Shown piece by piece: positions 1 through 10,349 of a stretch of DNA of 64,000 nucleotides; position 1 is the first letter of the stretch, and each line of letters opens with the position of its first letter. The stretch covers positions 160,001 through 224,000 of the forward strand of contig CAXXTF010000002.1 of NCBI GenBank assembly GCA_963665775.2, written 5' to 3'. Below the pieces are notes generated by a model, which searched no databases, was not told where the DNA came from, and saw only the letters and a list, made by a program, of their open reading frames with translations. The DNA comes from Dehalococcoidia bacterium. GTDB lineage: Bacteria; Chloroflexota; Dehalococcoidia; SM23-28-2; RBG-16-64-32. Made by a program: the position numbers and the translations under genes.

Positions 1-148
1 TCGGCTGGACGGGCCAACTCCATTTTCAGTGGTGCTTGCCGCGCCATCAACATACGTGCGGTACAGCGGCACCAGAGGAGCGCCTCCCCTTCGTGGAAGC
101 GTTCGTCGGACCCCCCCGGCGCGGAGCGGTCAGCACGCGTCGGCGCCG

Positions 149-913
149 TTAAGCAATTGGGTACGAGCGGCCTTGCTCGGCCAGCGCACAGGGCCCAGAG
201 TACACACTCCGAGCAGCCTGGAGCAGCGTCTCGTGATCGTAGTGGTGCCATATGTGCGTGAGGAGCAGTCGCTTGACCCCTGCTTGGGCAGCAATCTGCC
301 CGGCCTCCAGGGCGGTCAGGTGGCCTCTTGGCTCCGACAGCGGGCCGTCTATGGGATCAGCCGCTTCGCAGAGGAAGAGGTCCGCATCACGCGCAAGGGC
401 CACCAGCGCCTCGCACGGCGCCGTATCCGCAGAATATACTATGACCCGGCCCGCCGCCTCGATGTGCATGGCGTGGCTCGTCACATAGTGCTCCACCTCG
501 CGGAACGACACCTCGGCATCGCCGATTCGCAGAACAGATTGGGCGTCGTACTCCGCTACTTCGAAGACCTCCTCGGCGAAATGAGAGCCGACGGCCAGCA
601 AATGAAGCAGGTCGAGCAGCCTCTGACCAGAGCCTCTCGGCACCCACACCGGAAGGCGGTCGGTGCGGACCTGCCGTGGCGAGTACTTCAGTTCATAAGA
701 GAGCGTGGCCAGATCAAGCCAATGATCGATGTGGAGGTGCGAGATCAGGACGGCACTAAGGTGCGGCAAGGCTGCCTTTAGTTCTGGTGCCGCCACAACG
801 CCATTCCCGCAGTCGAGTAGTAGGCGGCTCTGTGCCGACTCAACCAGGTAACCCGAGCAGGCACCTCCAGGATTGGGCGTGACTGGTCCGTTGCCGAGGA
901 CGGTCAAGCGCAT
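149..913 (-). CDS. MBL-fold metallo-hydrolase (RNase Z/BN-like)
   Basis: SHLHIDH metal motif, LLDCG, YSADT, GHLT and LLLTH motifs. Confidence 0.88.
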   Translation of the reverse strand: MRLTVLGNGPVTPNPGGACSGYLVESAQSRLLLDCGNGVVAAPELKAALPHLSAVLISHLHIDHWLDLATLSYELKYSPRQVRTDRLPVWVPRGSGQRLLDLLHLLAVGSHFAEEVFEVAEYDAQSVLRIGDAEVSFREVEHYVTSHAMHIEAAGRVIVYSADTAPCEALVALARDADLFLCEAADPIDGPLSEPRGHLTALEAGQIAAQAGVKRLLLTHIWHHYDHETLLQAARSVYSGPCALAEQGRSYPIA

Positions 914-1169
914 AACACATTTCTCGAGTGCCCCACGAGACGGCCCGAATTAGGCAAAGAGCGGTTGCAACGGAGTGGTTTTGAAGTCTCCGACGAAGTA
1001 GGAGTGAAGGGACTCTCGGATCTCCTCCCGGGGAAAGTCGCCGCGCTCATAGCCATTGAGGTCTCCTATCGTCTCGACATTCGCATCCACCTGACTGGTT
1101 CGTTTCGTCATAGTATATCTGGTTTCACCTCTTGGAGGTGGTCTCCGATCTCATGACGCAAGCCGTCTA

Positions 1170-1220
1170 GATAAGGATGGAATTTTGCCCTCCCACAGGT
1201 GGCAAGATGTCATCCTTATC
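1170..1220. repeat. Hairpin formed by two head-to-head degenerate rve-element ends
   Basis: GATAAGGATGGAATTTTGCC...GGCAAGATGTCATCCTTATC; the left arm continues CCTCCCACA and resembles the GATACGGATGAGATTTTGCCCCCCACA repeat seen elsewhere in the window. Confidence 0.6.
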
Positions 1221-1295
1221 CGCCGGGCGGGTCGGCCTGCTCCGCCTCGCTCATAGAGTGGGCCGGCTACGAGGTAACAGCGAATAAGGAGAAGG

Positions 1296-1324
1296 TTGAC
1301 ACGCTATATAGCCCAAAGTAGCAT
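1296..1324 (+). promoter_or_regulatory. sigma70-type promoter
   Basis: TTGACA-N17-TAGCAT upstream of the CoA-transferase gene, which has an AAGGAGG RBS. Confidence 0.75.
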
Positions 1325-1399
1325 GTCGTTCGTCGGGAGCGGTTTCGATGCGGCGTTATCAGGTTGAAATGGGAAATCGCGGCTTAAGGAGGACAGAAA

Positions 1400-2635
1400 A
1401 TGGCGGGGCTTCTTAAAGGAGTGAAAGTCATCGAATCGGCCCAACTATTGATCACCCCGGTCGTAACCCAGCTCTTGGCCGATGAAGGGGCCGATGTCAT
1501 CAAGCTCGAAAGCCCATTCCGGGGCGACTATCTGCGTGACTTCCTGGGGCAAATCAAGCCCCACAAGAAGGGCCACAGCCCGGCATTTTTGGCGATAAAC
1601 CGCAACAAGCGCAGCGTTGCTATTAATCTCAGGACTCCCCAAGGCAAAGAGATCTTTTGGAAGATGCTGAAGGACACCGACGTGTTCTTTGATGGCAACG
1701 CCGCCGGCGCAGTGGAAAAACTGGGCCTGAGCTACCAGGAACAAAAGAAGGTAAAGCCGGACATCATTTATGCCCGGCTCTCGGGCTTTGGTGCTTCCGG
1801 GCCCTACGCCATGGTGCCGACCCACGGGGGCAGCGTGTCCGCCCTTGTAGGGACCACACACCTGGAGCTGAACGAAGAGGGGTTTGCCGAGCGAATGGGA
1901 GACACCACCAACACCCTCGCGGTCGAGCGTGGCGAGCCCCCTCTGTATACGGCCTACGCAATAGCAGCCGCCTTATACAGGCGCGAAAAGACAGGCCAAG
2001 GCACCTATATCGATGTAGCGCGGACTGATGCCATGATCGCCGGAGCTAACGTGGGTGTGGTCAGAGCCTTTGCCGAGGTCGGGGAAGATGAAACGGGCGT
2101 GGCTAATCAAGGTGCCGGAGGCGCCGGCCCTAAATACACCCACTATCAGAGTAAGGACGGCAAGTTCGTCCTCACAGCCCTGATCGAGCACCACCTCTAC
2201 GAGAACTTCTGCAAGGGAGTCGGACGTGAGGACCTGCTGGAAGAGGGAGTCGGCTACATAACAAAGGCGATCGCCGTCGACTTTGGGCCGCCAGAGCTTC
2301 GTAAAGAGCTGCAGAAGATTTTCCTCACCAAGACCCAGGCGGAGTGGATGGAGTTTGCCGTCAAATATGACACTGTGATAGCCCCAGTCAACTCCATATG
2401 GGACTTGCAGACCGACGCGCATTTGAAGCATCGGGAAGCCATAATCCAGCACGATCACCCTACCGCCGGCCGTCTCACGATGGCAGGCAACCCGATCAAA
2501 GTCGAGGGCGAGAACTTCACTGTGTATCACCACGCTCCCGCGCTGGGAGAGAATACAGTCGAGGTTCTGCGGGGTTTGGGCTACCGCCAGCAGCAGTTGG
2601 ATGAATGGAAGGCCGAGAAGATCGTAGGATTCTAA
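1400..2635 (+). CDS. Class III CoA-transferase (CaiB/BaiF family)
   Basis: LADEGADVIKLE, NRNKRS, GFGASGPY and C-terminal APALGEN motifs. Confidence 0.92.
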   Translation: MAGLLKGVKVIESAQLLITPVVTQLLADEGADVIKLESPFRGDYLRDFLGQIKPHKKGHSPAFLAINRNKRSVAINLRTPQGKEIFWKMLKDTDVFFDGNAAGAVEKLGLSYQEQKKVKPDIIYARLSGFGASGPYAMVPTHGGSVSALVGTTHLELNEEGFAERMGDTTNTLAVERGEPPLYTAYAIAAALYRREKTGQGTYIDVARTDAMIAGANVGVVRAFAEVGEDETGVANQGAGGAGPKYTHYQSKDGKFVLTALIEHHLYENFCKGVGREDLLEEGVGYITKAIAVDFGPPELRKELQKIFLTKTQAEWMEFAVKYDTVIAPVNSIWDLQTDAHLKHREAIIQHDHPTAGRLTMAGNPIKVEGENFTVYHHAPALGENTVEVLRGLGYRQQQLDEWKAEKIVGF

Positions 2636-2704
2636 GCCCATGGCAGGGTCTGCTCAAGGGAGTGAGGATCTGGGCCCTAGTGGCAATGGCATCTCCACAC
2701 CGTC

Positions 2705-2850
2705 TGTGGGGGGGAAAATGTCGTCCGTATCTGGGGGGGGGTTGACGCCGTGAGCTAGTTGGGTCAGCGTTAGGGCATTACGTAGTCACGGAGGCCCGGC
2801 CTTGATCACCTACTTCCTGCTCCTTTGCTCTGCCCTGCGCGCCACCGTTC
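2705..2850 (+). mobile_element. Left end and first codons of an rve-integrase (IS481-like) element, truncated
   Basis: Starts TGTGGGGGGGAAAATGTCGTCCGTATCTG; about 95 bp match 30395-30485 inverted; followed by TTG-ITYFLLLCSALRATV, resembling the N-terminus of such integrases. Confidence 0.6.
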
Positions 2851-3227
2851 CCCAGGAAGGAGGTCAGACAGAGAACTCTACGACAGCGCAGAGATTACCA
2901 TCGGTTTAGGCGGGAGCGACTACCCTCTGTCCATTAGGAAATCGCCGAAAGTGCCGCCAAGAACGCTGGCGACATACACCCCCTAGCGAAGCTCCGTGCC
3001 CTCACGAACGCCGCTTCCGCAAATGAATGGGGACCACCCCCCGTCTACATCCGAAACGTCGCATACCTTCGTATCACCACCATAGTCAGGACCCAGGGAG
3101 CTTGCGAGGGTGGCAAGTGTGCTGGCGGCGAGAGTACTACTCTACTTGGCGGGTTCGCGAGACGAACGCCAAAATCGTCTAACTGTTACGACGGCCGCTC
3201 ATCGGAGCAGAAGGGACTAACCAAGTC

Positions 3228-3995
3228 ATGATGGCAGAATTCCTTGGCGATGTTGAACGACTCCTTGCCGACGCATATCCGTATCGTTGGCCGATCGCAG
3301 CCGGCGTTCTCATCCTGCTCGCCGCTCTCGGCGCGTTTGTGTACCGCATGGGCTGGCACGAAGTGATCTGGCGGTTCAGACTGCCTGTCGCAATAGTCGC
3401 CACGCCAGTGCTGGCTCTCACCCTCTTTCTCGGTTACGATCTCGGGTCTCCGCTATTCACCAATAAAACCGTCGAGGAGGAGTTCCCCTTCGCGTTCACC
3501 GCCACCGTTCCGTCGAATATGTCCCGGTCCGAGGTCGAGCGCATCATGGAGCTTATAGCCCAGGTTGAACAGGAAGCTGTCGAAGAAGAAATTCCGATAA
3601 TGGACGAACCTACCGATGACCCGCCGGATCCGCCAGCAGCGCTGGAGAAGCTGCGGACCGGCTCCTTCCGCGACCAGGACAATTTCCACAAGGGCAGCGG
3701 CCAGGCAACTATCTACCGAGGTCCGGACGGCTCCCTGCTACTCAGGCTAGAAGACCTCGATGTCACGAACGGCCCCGACCTGCACGTCCTCCTGTCGCCG
3801 CACCCAGACCCTAGCAACAGCGGTGAGGTCAAGACCCCTGGATACGTTGACCTCGGCAAGCTCAAAGGCAACAGAGGAAACCAGAACTACCCTATCCTAG
3901 AGGACATCGACGTAGCCGCTCAAGGGAGCGTCATTATATACTGCAAGCCTTTCAAGGTGGTCTTTAGTGTAGCGTCTCTCCAGGACGCAAGTTAG
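3228..3995 (+). CDS. Membrane-anchored DM13 domain protein
   Basis: Two N-terminal hydrophobic segments; DM13 motifs GSF..HKGSG, NGPDLHVLLS, LGKLKGNRGNQNY and IYCKPFKVVFSVA. Confidence 0.88.
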   Translation: MMAEFLGDVERLLADAYPYRWPIAAGVLILLAALGAFVYRMGWHEVIWRFRLPVAIVATPVLALTLFLGYDLGSPLFTNKTVEEEFPFAFTATVPSNMSRSEVERIMELIAQVEQEAVEEEIPIMDEPTDDPPDPPAALEKLRTGSFRDQDNFHKGSGQATIYRGPDGSLLLRLEDLDVTNGPDLHVLLSPHPDPSNSGEVKTPGYVDLGKLKGNRGNQNYPILEDIDVAAQGSVIIYCKPFKVVFSVASLQDAS

Positions 3996-4072
3996 CGCTG
4001 GCCCAGATCACTACAAGGGGGTTGGACCAGAGCGTCGAGCTCAGACCCGAAGAATAAGGGAGCAGGAGCGAC

Positions 4073-5938
4073 ATGCAGAGACTGAGCAGTGTGGTGTCGG
4101 TCGCTTTGCAACGCGACGCCGCAGCGGGTGCTGTCGCGAGCCTCGGAGGTGGCTTCCTGCTGTGGTGGGCTCTCCATGACCAGGGAATGACATCCACTGT
4201 ACCCGGCTTACTGGGTTTCAAACTCTCGGGCGAAGTCGGCGTGTTCCTCCATCTGATGGCCTCAATCCTGCTGGGGGCGGGGTTCGGGGTGATTTCACGC
4301 TATAGACCGCTCGGCTATTCGAGCACGATTAGCGGTGGCCTCTTATACGGGCTGCTGTGGTGGATCGCCGGTCCACTCACATTAGGCGCTCTTTTCGATG
4401 GTCGAGGGCCAACCTGGTCGATAGGTGAGGCAAGTACGGTGTTTCCCAGTCTGGTCGGGCATCTTCTCTACGGCGGCCTGACCGGGTTGGGGTTTTACAT
4501 CATGCTTACCTTATATCTCCACTTACGTCCTGAGCGAGAGCCGGTTAGCGTTGCCAGCGGGGCGCCAAAGACGAGGGTAGTGATCCTGGGGGGTGGCTTC
4601 GGGGGTATAGCCACCGCCCAACGCTTGGAGCAGCTCTTCACCCATGACCCCAATCTAGAAATCACGTTAGTGAGCCAGAGCAACTATTTGCTCTTCACCC
4701 CGATGCTAGCTGAAGTCGCCTCCAGCAGCTTGGAGGCACAGCACATCAGCGCCCCGGTTCGCGCAACCTGTCGGCGCACGCGGTTTCACCGCGCCGACGT
4801 GGCGGGGATTGATACCTCGTCCCGCGTCGTGTCGATGCGAGGTGGCCCATCACTACCTACTGAGGCATTACCCTACGATCACCTCGTGCTGGCCTTGGGG
4901 TCTATTCCCAACTACTACGGGCTTCCCGACTACTACGGGCTTCCCGGCCTGGCGGAACATTCATTTGCCCTCAAGACCCTGGAGGACGCGACTCGGTTAC
5001 GAAACCACGTCATCGCATTGCTCGAGCATGCCGCTGAGGAGCCAAACGAGAAGGAGCGCGCTCGCCAGCTCACGTTCGTCGTCGCCGGCGGTGGTTTTGC
5101 TGGCACGGAGGTGATAGCCGAACTCTTCGATCTAGTGCGTAGTGTGCTGCGTTACTACCCAAATATTCAGACAGACGAGCCTCGCTTTGTGCTCATACAC
5201 AGCGGCGATCGGATCTTGCCCGAACTCAGTCCTGAACTGGGCGACTACGCGCTTCGTAAGTTGCAACAACGGGGCATTGAATTTCAATTGCACTCCCGTG
5301 TGGCAGGCGCCATTTCCATCGGCGTTTTGTTGGACCAGGGCAGATCGGTGCCTACCTGCACACTAGTATGGACTGCGGGGAATCAGCCTAATCCCCTACT
5401 GAGGACGCTGCCATGCGACAGAAATCGGGCTGGGGCCGTGATTGTCGACAGCTCACTGCAGGTCAAGGGCCCTACGAACGTCTGGGCTGTGGGCGACTGC
5501 GCTCAGATCCCCGACCCAGACAGTCAGGGCGAGGCGTACCCTCCCACAGCTCAGCACGCCCTTCGGGAGGGCAAGTTGGTGGCGGAGAATATAGTAGCTG
5601 CCACAGGCGGCAAACCGCTAAGGCAATTCCGCTTTCGGACTATCGGTGTGTTGGTCGGGCTGGGACACCGGACGGCGGCGGCTGAAATACGTGGCTGGCG
5701 ATTCTCCGGATTGCTAGCCTGGTTCATGTGGCGCTCGATCTATTTCAGCAAGCTACCTGGCATGGAGAAGAAGGTGCGTGTAGCACTCGACTGGGCGATT
5801 GACCTCTTCTTCCCGCGTGACATCGTCCTTACGTCGAGTACAGATACGATACTTCCACATATCATTGGAACCGCCGAGGAGCCCGTCGCTCCTCAGAATC
5901 AACCTCAGACCGACATTGACAGGGAGCGCCCTCAATGA
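4073..5938 (+). CDS. ndh: Type II NADH dehydrogenase-like FAD oxidoreductase with an N-terminal 4-TM domain
   Basis: VVILGGGFGG, VAGGGFAGTE, WAVGDCA and PPTAQHA motifs; first ~150 aa hydrophobic with HL..S and GHLLYG motifs. Confidence 0.85.
   Translation: MQRLSSVVSVALQRDAAAGAVASLGGGFLLWWALHDQGMTSTVPGLLGFKLSGEVGVFLHLMASILLGAGFGVISRYRPLGYSSTISGGLLYGLLWWIAGPLTLGALFDGRGPTWSIGEASTVFPSLVGHLLYGGLTGLGFYIMLTLYLHLRPEREPVSVASGAPKTRVVILGGGFGGIATAQRLEQLFTHDPNLEITLVSQSNYLLFTPMLAEVASSSLEAQHISAPVRATCRRTRFHRADVAGIDTSSRVVSMRGGPSLPTEALPYDHLVLALGSIPNYYGLPDYYGLPGLAEHSFALKTLEDATRLRNHVIALLEHAAEEPNEKERARQLTFVVAGGGFAGTEVIAELFDLVRSVLRYYPNIQTDEPRFVLIHSGDRILPELSPELGDYALRKLQQRGIEFQLHSRVAGAISIGVLLDQGRSVPTCTLVWTAGNQPNPLLRTLPCDRNRAGAVIVDSSLQVKGPTNVWAVGDCAQIPDPDSQGEAYPPTAQHALREGKLVAENIVAATGGKPLRQFRFRTIGVLVGLGHRTAAAEIRGWRFSGLLAWFMWRSIYFSKLPGMEKKVRVALDWAIDLFFPRDIVLTSSTDTILPHIIGTAEEPVAPQNQPQTDIDRERPQ
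4911..4946 (+). repeat. In-frame 18-bp tandem duplication
   Basis: ACTACTACGGGCTTCCCG x2, giving NYYGLPDYYGLPG. Confidence 0.9.
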
Positions 5939-7401
5939 AATGGTCTGCGGTCCTGAGCAATCCCTTACTGGCAGGCGCACTAGCCGGACTGCTAGGTGGT
6001 CTGGTGTACGGGGCGACGATGTCCGAGCTCGATCTGTTGCCGACGTTCGCTCGGCTCGTGGGCGCCGATTCGGCCGCGGCGGGGTTTGCCGTTCTTATGG
6101 CAGTTGCCGCCGTGGTGGGCGCGGGTTTCGGCCTGTTAGTATCGCACCGGCGTCCAGAGGCTGGAGAGACGTTGTTCTGGGGCCTGGTGTATGGCACCTT
6201 TTGGTGGTACCTAGGCCCGCTCACTCTACAGCCCCTCCTTCAGGGCGATGGCCTGACCTGGGATTTGGATGCAGCGAAGGCGGCGTTCCCTTACTTTCTC
6301 GGACTTGTACTCTACGGCGCCACCATTGGCTTGTCCTCAATACTTCTGTCGTGGGGACATCACGTCCAGACCGCGGGTCAGCACATTCGCCGGGGCCCTT
6401 TATTGCGTGGCGCCTTGGCGGGCCTCCTGGGCGCAGTATTACTTGGCGTAATGCTCGACGTGCAAGACCAATTGCTAGCCTTCGCAGGAATGATGGACAG
6501 CGATTCCCACGTCCTTGCCTGGCTAGTCACCCTGCTCGTTGGCCTTCTAGCCGGTGTGGGGTACGCCCTACTATATCCTCAACCTACCGACGGCGCTGGC
6601 GTCGGCCTCATCCGCGGCTCCGCCTACGGCTTCCTTTGGTGGGTGGTTAGCGGACTAACAGTGGTGCCGCTGCTTAGCGGAGCGAGCCTCGCGTGGTTCT
6701 CAGACGAGGTCTCGGCCCTATTTGTCACTCTGCCCGCCTACATTCTCTTTGGGGCTGCCGTCGTCCTTTTTTACCAGTGGCTCGGGGCCATGGTACGGCT
6801 ACTATTCTCCGACATGATAGGAGGCCAGAACGAAGAGGGCATTGGCACGCAGGGATTACGCATTCTGGGACGTAGCTTGTTGGCTGGTGTCGTGGGCGGC
6901 CTCCTGTTTAGCTTGGTCATGCTCCAGACCGATTTTCTCCCGAGCGTGGCCGACTTAGTCGGCTCGAGCTCAGAGGTGGCGGGCTTCTTTGTCCATCTGG
7001 CGATCGCAGTCGTAGTTGGTACGAGCTACGGCCTTTTGTTCCGCCGGCAGAGCTACGACGTTGGTTCTGCACTGGGATGGGGCGTGTCTTACGGCTTCTT
7101 TTGGTCCATTCTGGGACCTCTCACGCTGATGCCGCTATTCTTGGGCTCGACACCCCAGTGGACGGTGGCCGCGGTGGCGGCGGCGTTTCCCAACCTGGTC
7201 GGCCACCTTGCGTACGGGGTCGGTCTCGGGATCACGTTCTATCTGCTAGAAGCCGGCTACAACCCTTGGTGGATTCCCCGAACGCAGTTGGAGGCGGCAC
7301 GGGTAGCACACCGCAGGGAAGAGGTGTTGACCGCGTCGCCAGCGCTCTGGGTGCTTGTGGTAGCGATTGGGTTGACGCTGCCGGTCCTCTTGGCCGGGTA
7401 G
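5935..7401 (+). CDS. Polytopic membrane protein with three internal ~150-aa repeats
   Basis: Repeated G..YG..WW..G(P)LTL.PL..G...W.......FP...G...YG unit; ATGA overlap with the upstream gene. Confidence 0.85.
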   Translation: MKWSAVLSNPLLAGALAGLLGGLVYGATMSELDLLPTFARLVGADSAAAGFAVLMAVAAVVGAGFGLLVSHRRPEAGETLFWGLVYGTFWWYLGPLTLQPLLQGDGLTWDLDAAKAAFPYFLGLVLYGATIGLSSILLSWGHHVQTAGQHIRRGPLLRGALAGLLGAVLLGVMLDVQDQLLAFAGMMDSDSHVLAWLVTLLVGLLAGVGYALLYPQPTDGAGVGLIRGSAYGFLWWVVSGLTVVPLLSGASLAWFSDEVSALFVTLPAYILFGAAVVLFYQWLGAMVRLLFSDMIGGQNEEGIGTQGLRILGRSLLAGVVGGLLFSLVMLQTDFLPSVADLVGSSSEVAGFFVHLAIAVVVGTSYGLLFRRQSYDVGSALGWGVSYGFFWSILGPLTLMPLFLGSTPQWTVAAVAAAFPNLVGHLAYGVGLGITFYLLEAGYNPWWIPRTQLEAARVAHRREEVLTASPALWVLVVAIGLTLPVLLAG

Positions 7402-7536
7402 GATCACCGCACTGAGCCGACATCGCGTACGCAGCTGTCCAGACAAATGGCAATGGTACATTAACGGATACCGCACTTGTGGAGGCTTCAAGGGGGCGCA
7501 TTCGTTGTCCGGGCGGTCCACTCGAGAAGTAAGACC

Positions 7537-7615
7537 TGTGGGGCGCCAAAACGCCAACCGCGGGGGTCAGGCCGCATGATATTTTCAGATACGGATGAGA
7601 TTTTGCCCCCCCACA
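7537..7615 (+). mobile_element. 79-bp MITE-like internally deleted rve element
   Basis: TGTGGGGCGCCAAAA...TTTTGCCCCCCACA terminal inverted repeats; contains GCCGCATGA...TTCAGATACGGATGAGATTTTG, as in the integrase 3' end near 58243-58278. Confidence 0.7.
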
Positions 7616-7691
7616 ACCGCACGACAGAAAGGGTTCTAAGGGCTAAACTAGGTGTAAATGCTGGCCGGGATCAGGCAAGCCGGAGGATGCC

Positions 7692-7810
7692 ATGCACAAA
7701 GCCGACGTGATCTTCGAGGGTGGCGGGGTGTGCGGCATAGCTCATTCGGGCGCATTGCTTGAAGCTCAGGAGAGTTTCGGCTACGAGGGGCAGAACCTGG
7801 CTGGGGGGCT
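7692..7810 (+). pseudogene. Patatin-like phospholipase N-terminal fragment
   Basis: ADVIFEGGGVCGIAHSGAL...NLAG; breaks off at the expected GxSxG motif. Confidence 0.6.
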
Positions 7811-7894
7811 TCACCCATTACAGCAGGCCTTTCTGGAAAAGCTGCCCTCCAGCGCGGTCGCTGCGTTGACTACAACAAGAAGGGGGAAGGCATC

Positions 7895-10204
7895 GTGACT
7901 ACCACCGCAGATCGAGAGACCAAGAGCCTAGGCGCGTTCAAAGTCGTGGGCACCAGGCCGATCCGGCACGACGGCCTGGACAAGGTAACGGGCAGAGCTA
8001 AGTTCGGTGCGGATATCCATCTGCCGGGCATGCTCTACGGTAAGATCCTGCGCAGCCCTCATGCCCATGCCCGGATCCGGGCCATCGACACCAGCAAAGC
8101 GGAGGCGTTGCCGGGTGTCAAGGCCGTCGTCACGGCTCAAGATCTCCCCATCGTTGAGGATCAGGCTATAGACTTGGGTGAGACCTTGGGCAATGCCCGT
8201 ATGCTAGCGGAAAACTGCCTGGCGCATCATAAAGCGCTGTATAAGGGCCATGCTCTGGCAGCCGTGGCAGCGGAGACTCCCCACATCGCGGAAGCGGCCC
8301 TCAAGCTCATCGAGGTGGATTATGAGGTGTTGCCCACCGTCCTCACTATGCACGACGCTATGAAGAAGGATGCGCCCCTTCTCCACGAGGGAATGACCAC
8401 CAGGTCCATAGCTGAGCGCTTTTCCAGGGGCACAGACACCGGCGTCAAGAGCAACATCGCTAGCCACTTGCAGTTCAAGCGCGGGGACCTGGTGCAGGGC
8501 TTCGCCGAGGCCGCCGTCATCGTCGAGCGGGAGTTCAGCACCAAAACGGTCCACCAGGGCTACATCGAGCCCCACCCCTGCACGGGGTTGTGGGCGCACG
8601 ACGATCATGTAACCATCTGGACGAGCACCCAGGGACCCTTCGGCGTTCGCCAGCAGACCGCCGCCATGCTGGACATCCCCGAATCCAAGATCAAGGTCGT
8701 CCCGATGGAGATCGGCGGCGGCTTTGGTGGCAAGATCAACACCTATCTAGCGCCGGTAGTGGCCCTCCTCTCCCGCAAGGCCGGCCGCCCCGTCAAGATC
8801 GTCATGAGCCGGCAGGATGTGCTCGAGGCGACCGGCCCAACCTCAGCCACCTACATGCGGACCAAGATTGGCGCCGACGAGAATGGCCGCATCACAGCCT
8901 TCCAACTTTATCTGGCTTACGAAGCGGGAGCCTTCCCCGGCTCGCCGGTGGGGGCAGGGGTGTCCACCGCCATGGGGCCTTATGACGTGGATAACCTGCT
9001 CATAGATGGTTACGATGTGGTCTGCAATAAGCCCAAGGTGGCGGCCTACCGGGCACCCGGCTCCCCCCAGGCTGCATACGCCGTCGGGTGCGTCATCGAT
9101 GAGCTAGCCGAGAAGCTGGGCATGGACCCCTTAGCCTTCCAGTTGAAGAACGCCACCAAGGAGGGTAGTCGGCAGGCCAGCGGTGTTACCTTCCCTCGCA
9201 TCGGCTGCATTGAGCTGGAAGAGGCGATGAAGGCCCATCCTCACTACAGTGCGCCTCTGGAAGGCCCCAACCGTGGCCGCGGCATCTCCGTGGGGTACTG
9301 GGGCAATGCCGGCCTGCAGTCTTCCGCCACCATCAACGTCAACGCCGATGGCACGATCAGCCTGATCACCGGCTCTGTGGACATCGGCGGTACCCGTGTT
9401 GCCGTTGCCATGCAGGCCGCCGAGGTGCTGGGCCTGGCGGCGGAGGAGGTCATCCCCAGCGTAGGCGATACCGATTCCGTCGGCTGGACGGGGGTCACCG
9501 GCGGCAGTCGGACCGCCTTCTCCACGGGGATCGCCGCCATTTCCGCAGCGGAAGCGGTATCGCGCCAGATGATGGCTCGCGCGGCGCTGCTGTGGGAGGT
9601 CCAGCCCGAGGACGTGCGGTTCGAGGACGGCGTGTTCCTCTCCGCCAAGCACCCCGAGGACAGGATGACGTTCCGGGAGTTGGCCGGCAAGCTCATGCCC
9701 ACCGGCGGCCCGGTGACTGTCTCGACCACCTCCAACCCGCGGCAGGTTGGTCCCTGTTTCGCCGGCAATATAGTCGATGTGGAGGTAGACCCGGAGACGG
9801 GCAAGGTGACCATCCTGCGTTACACCGTATTTCAGGACGTGGGCAAGGCGGCCCACCCCAGCTACGTGGAAGGCCAGATGCAGGGGGGCACCGTCCAGGG
9901 CATCGGCTGGGCGTTGAACGAGGAGTATTTCTACAATGAGGATGGCATCATGCAAAACTCCAGCCTGCTGGACTATCGCATGCCCACGAGCCTGGACCTG
10001 CCTATGATCGACACGGTCATCATCGAGGTGCCGAACCCCGGCCATCCCTTTGGTCTCAGGGGAGTTGGCGAAGTGCCCATCGTTCCGCCCATGGCCGCTA
10101 TCGCCAACGCTATCTACCACGCCATCGGCGTTCGCTTGACCAGGCTGCCCATGTCGCCGGGCGCCGTCTTGGAGGCCCTAGAGGCGAAGAATGGCCAAAT
10201 GTAG
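7895..10204 (+). CDS. Xanthine dehydrogenase family molybdopterin-binding subunit
   Basis: DKVTGRAKF, RSPHAHA, IGGGFGGK, AYRAPG, EGQMQGG and RGVGE motifs. Confidence 0.95.
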   Translation: MTTTADRETKSLGAFKVVGTRPIRHDGLDKVTGRAKFGADIHLPGMLYGKILRSPHAHARIRAIDTSKAEALPGVKAVVTAQDLPIVEDQAIDLGETLGNARMLAENCLAHHKALYKGHALAAVAAETPHIAEAALKLIEVDYEVLPTVLTMHDAMKKDAPLLHEGMTTRSIAERFSRGTDTGVKSNIASHLQFKRGDLVQGFAEAAVIVEREFSTKTVHQGYIEPHPCTGLWAHDDHVTIWTSTQGPFGVRQQTAAMLDIPESKIKVVPMEIGGGFGGKINTYLAPVVALLSRKAGRPVKIVMSRQDVLEATGPTSATYMRTKIGADENGRITAFQLYLAYEAGAFPGSPVGAGVSTAMGPYDVDNLLIDGYDVVCNKPKVAAYRAPGSPQAAYAVGCVIDELAEKLGMDPLAFQLKNATKEGSRQASGVTFPRIGCIELEEAMKAHPHYSAPLEGPNRGRGISVGYWGNAGLQSSATINVNADGTISLITGSVDIGGTRVAVAMQAAEVLGLAAEEVIPSVGDTDSVGWTGVTGGSRTAFSTGIAAISAAEAVSRQMMARAALLWEVQPEDVRFEDGVFLSAKHPEDRMTFRELAGKLMPTGGPVTVSTTSNPRQVGPCFAGNIVDVEVDPETGKVTILRYTVFQDVGKAAHPSYVEGQMQGGTVQGIGWALNEEYFYNEDGIMQNSSLLDYRMPTSLDLPMIDTVIIEVPNPGHPFGLRGVGEVPIVPPMAAIANAIYHAIGVRLTRLPMSPGAVLEALEAKNGQM

Positions 10205-10349
10205 GCGCCCCTATGGTGGTCATGTGGATTTCAGATCCCAGTCAGCTTCGCCGGCCTTGCCCCGGTCCTGAGCTTGCACCATCCTTGATGACCTTGACCT
10301 GACCCTTACTCCGATTCATTGAGGCATACCAATTATTTTGGGCAATGGC

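Noticed and set aside
29-781. 250-aa plus-strand ORF
   Set aside because: Antisense shadow of the MBL hydrolase; no recognisable motifs
9131-10120. 329-aa minus-strand ORF (also 17139-17993, 27413-28582 and 55628-56407)
   Set aside because: Antisense shadows of well-supported genes in GC-rich DNA
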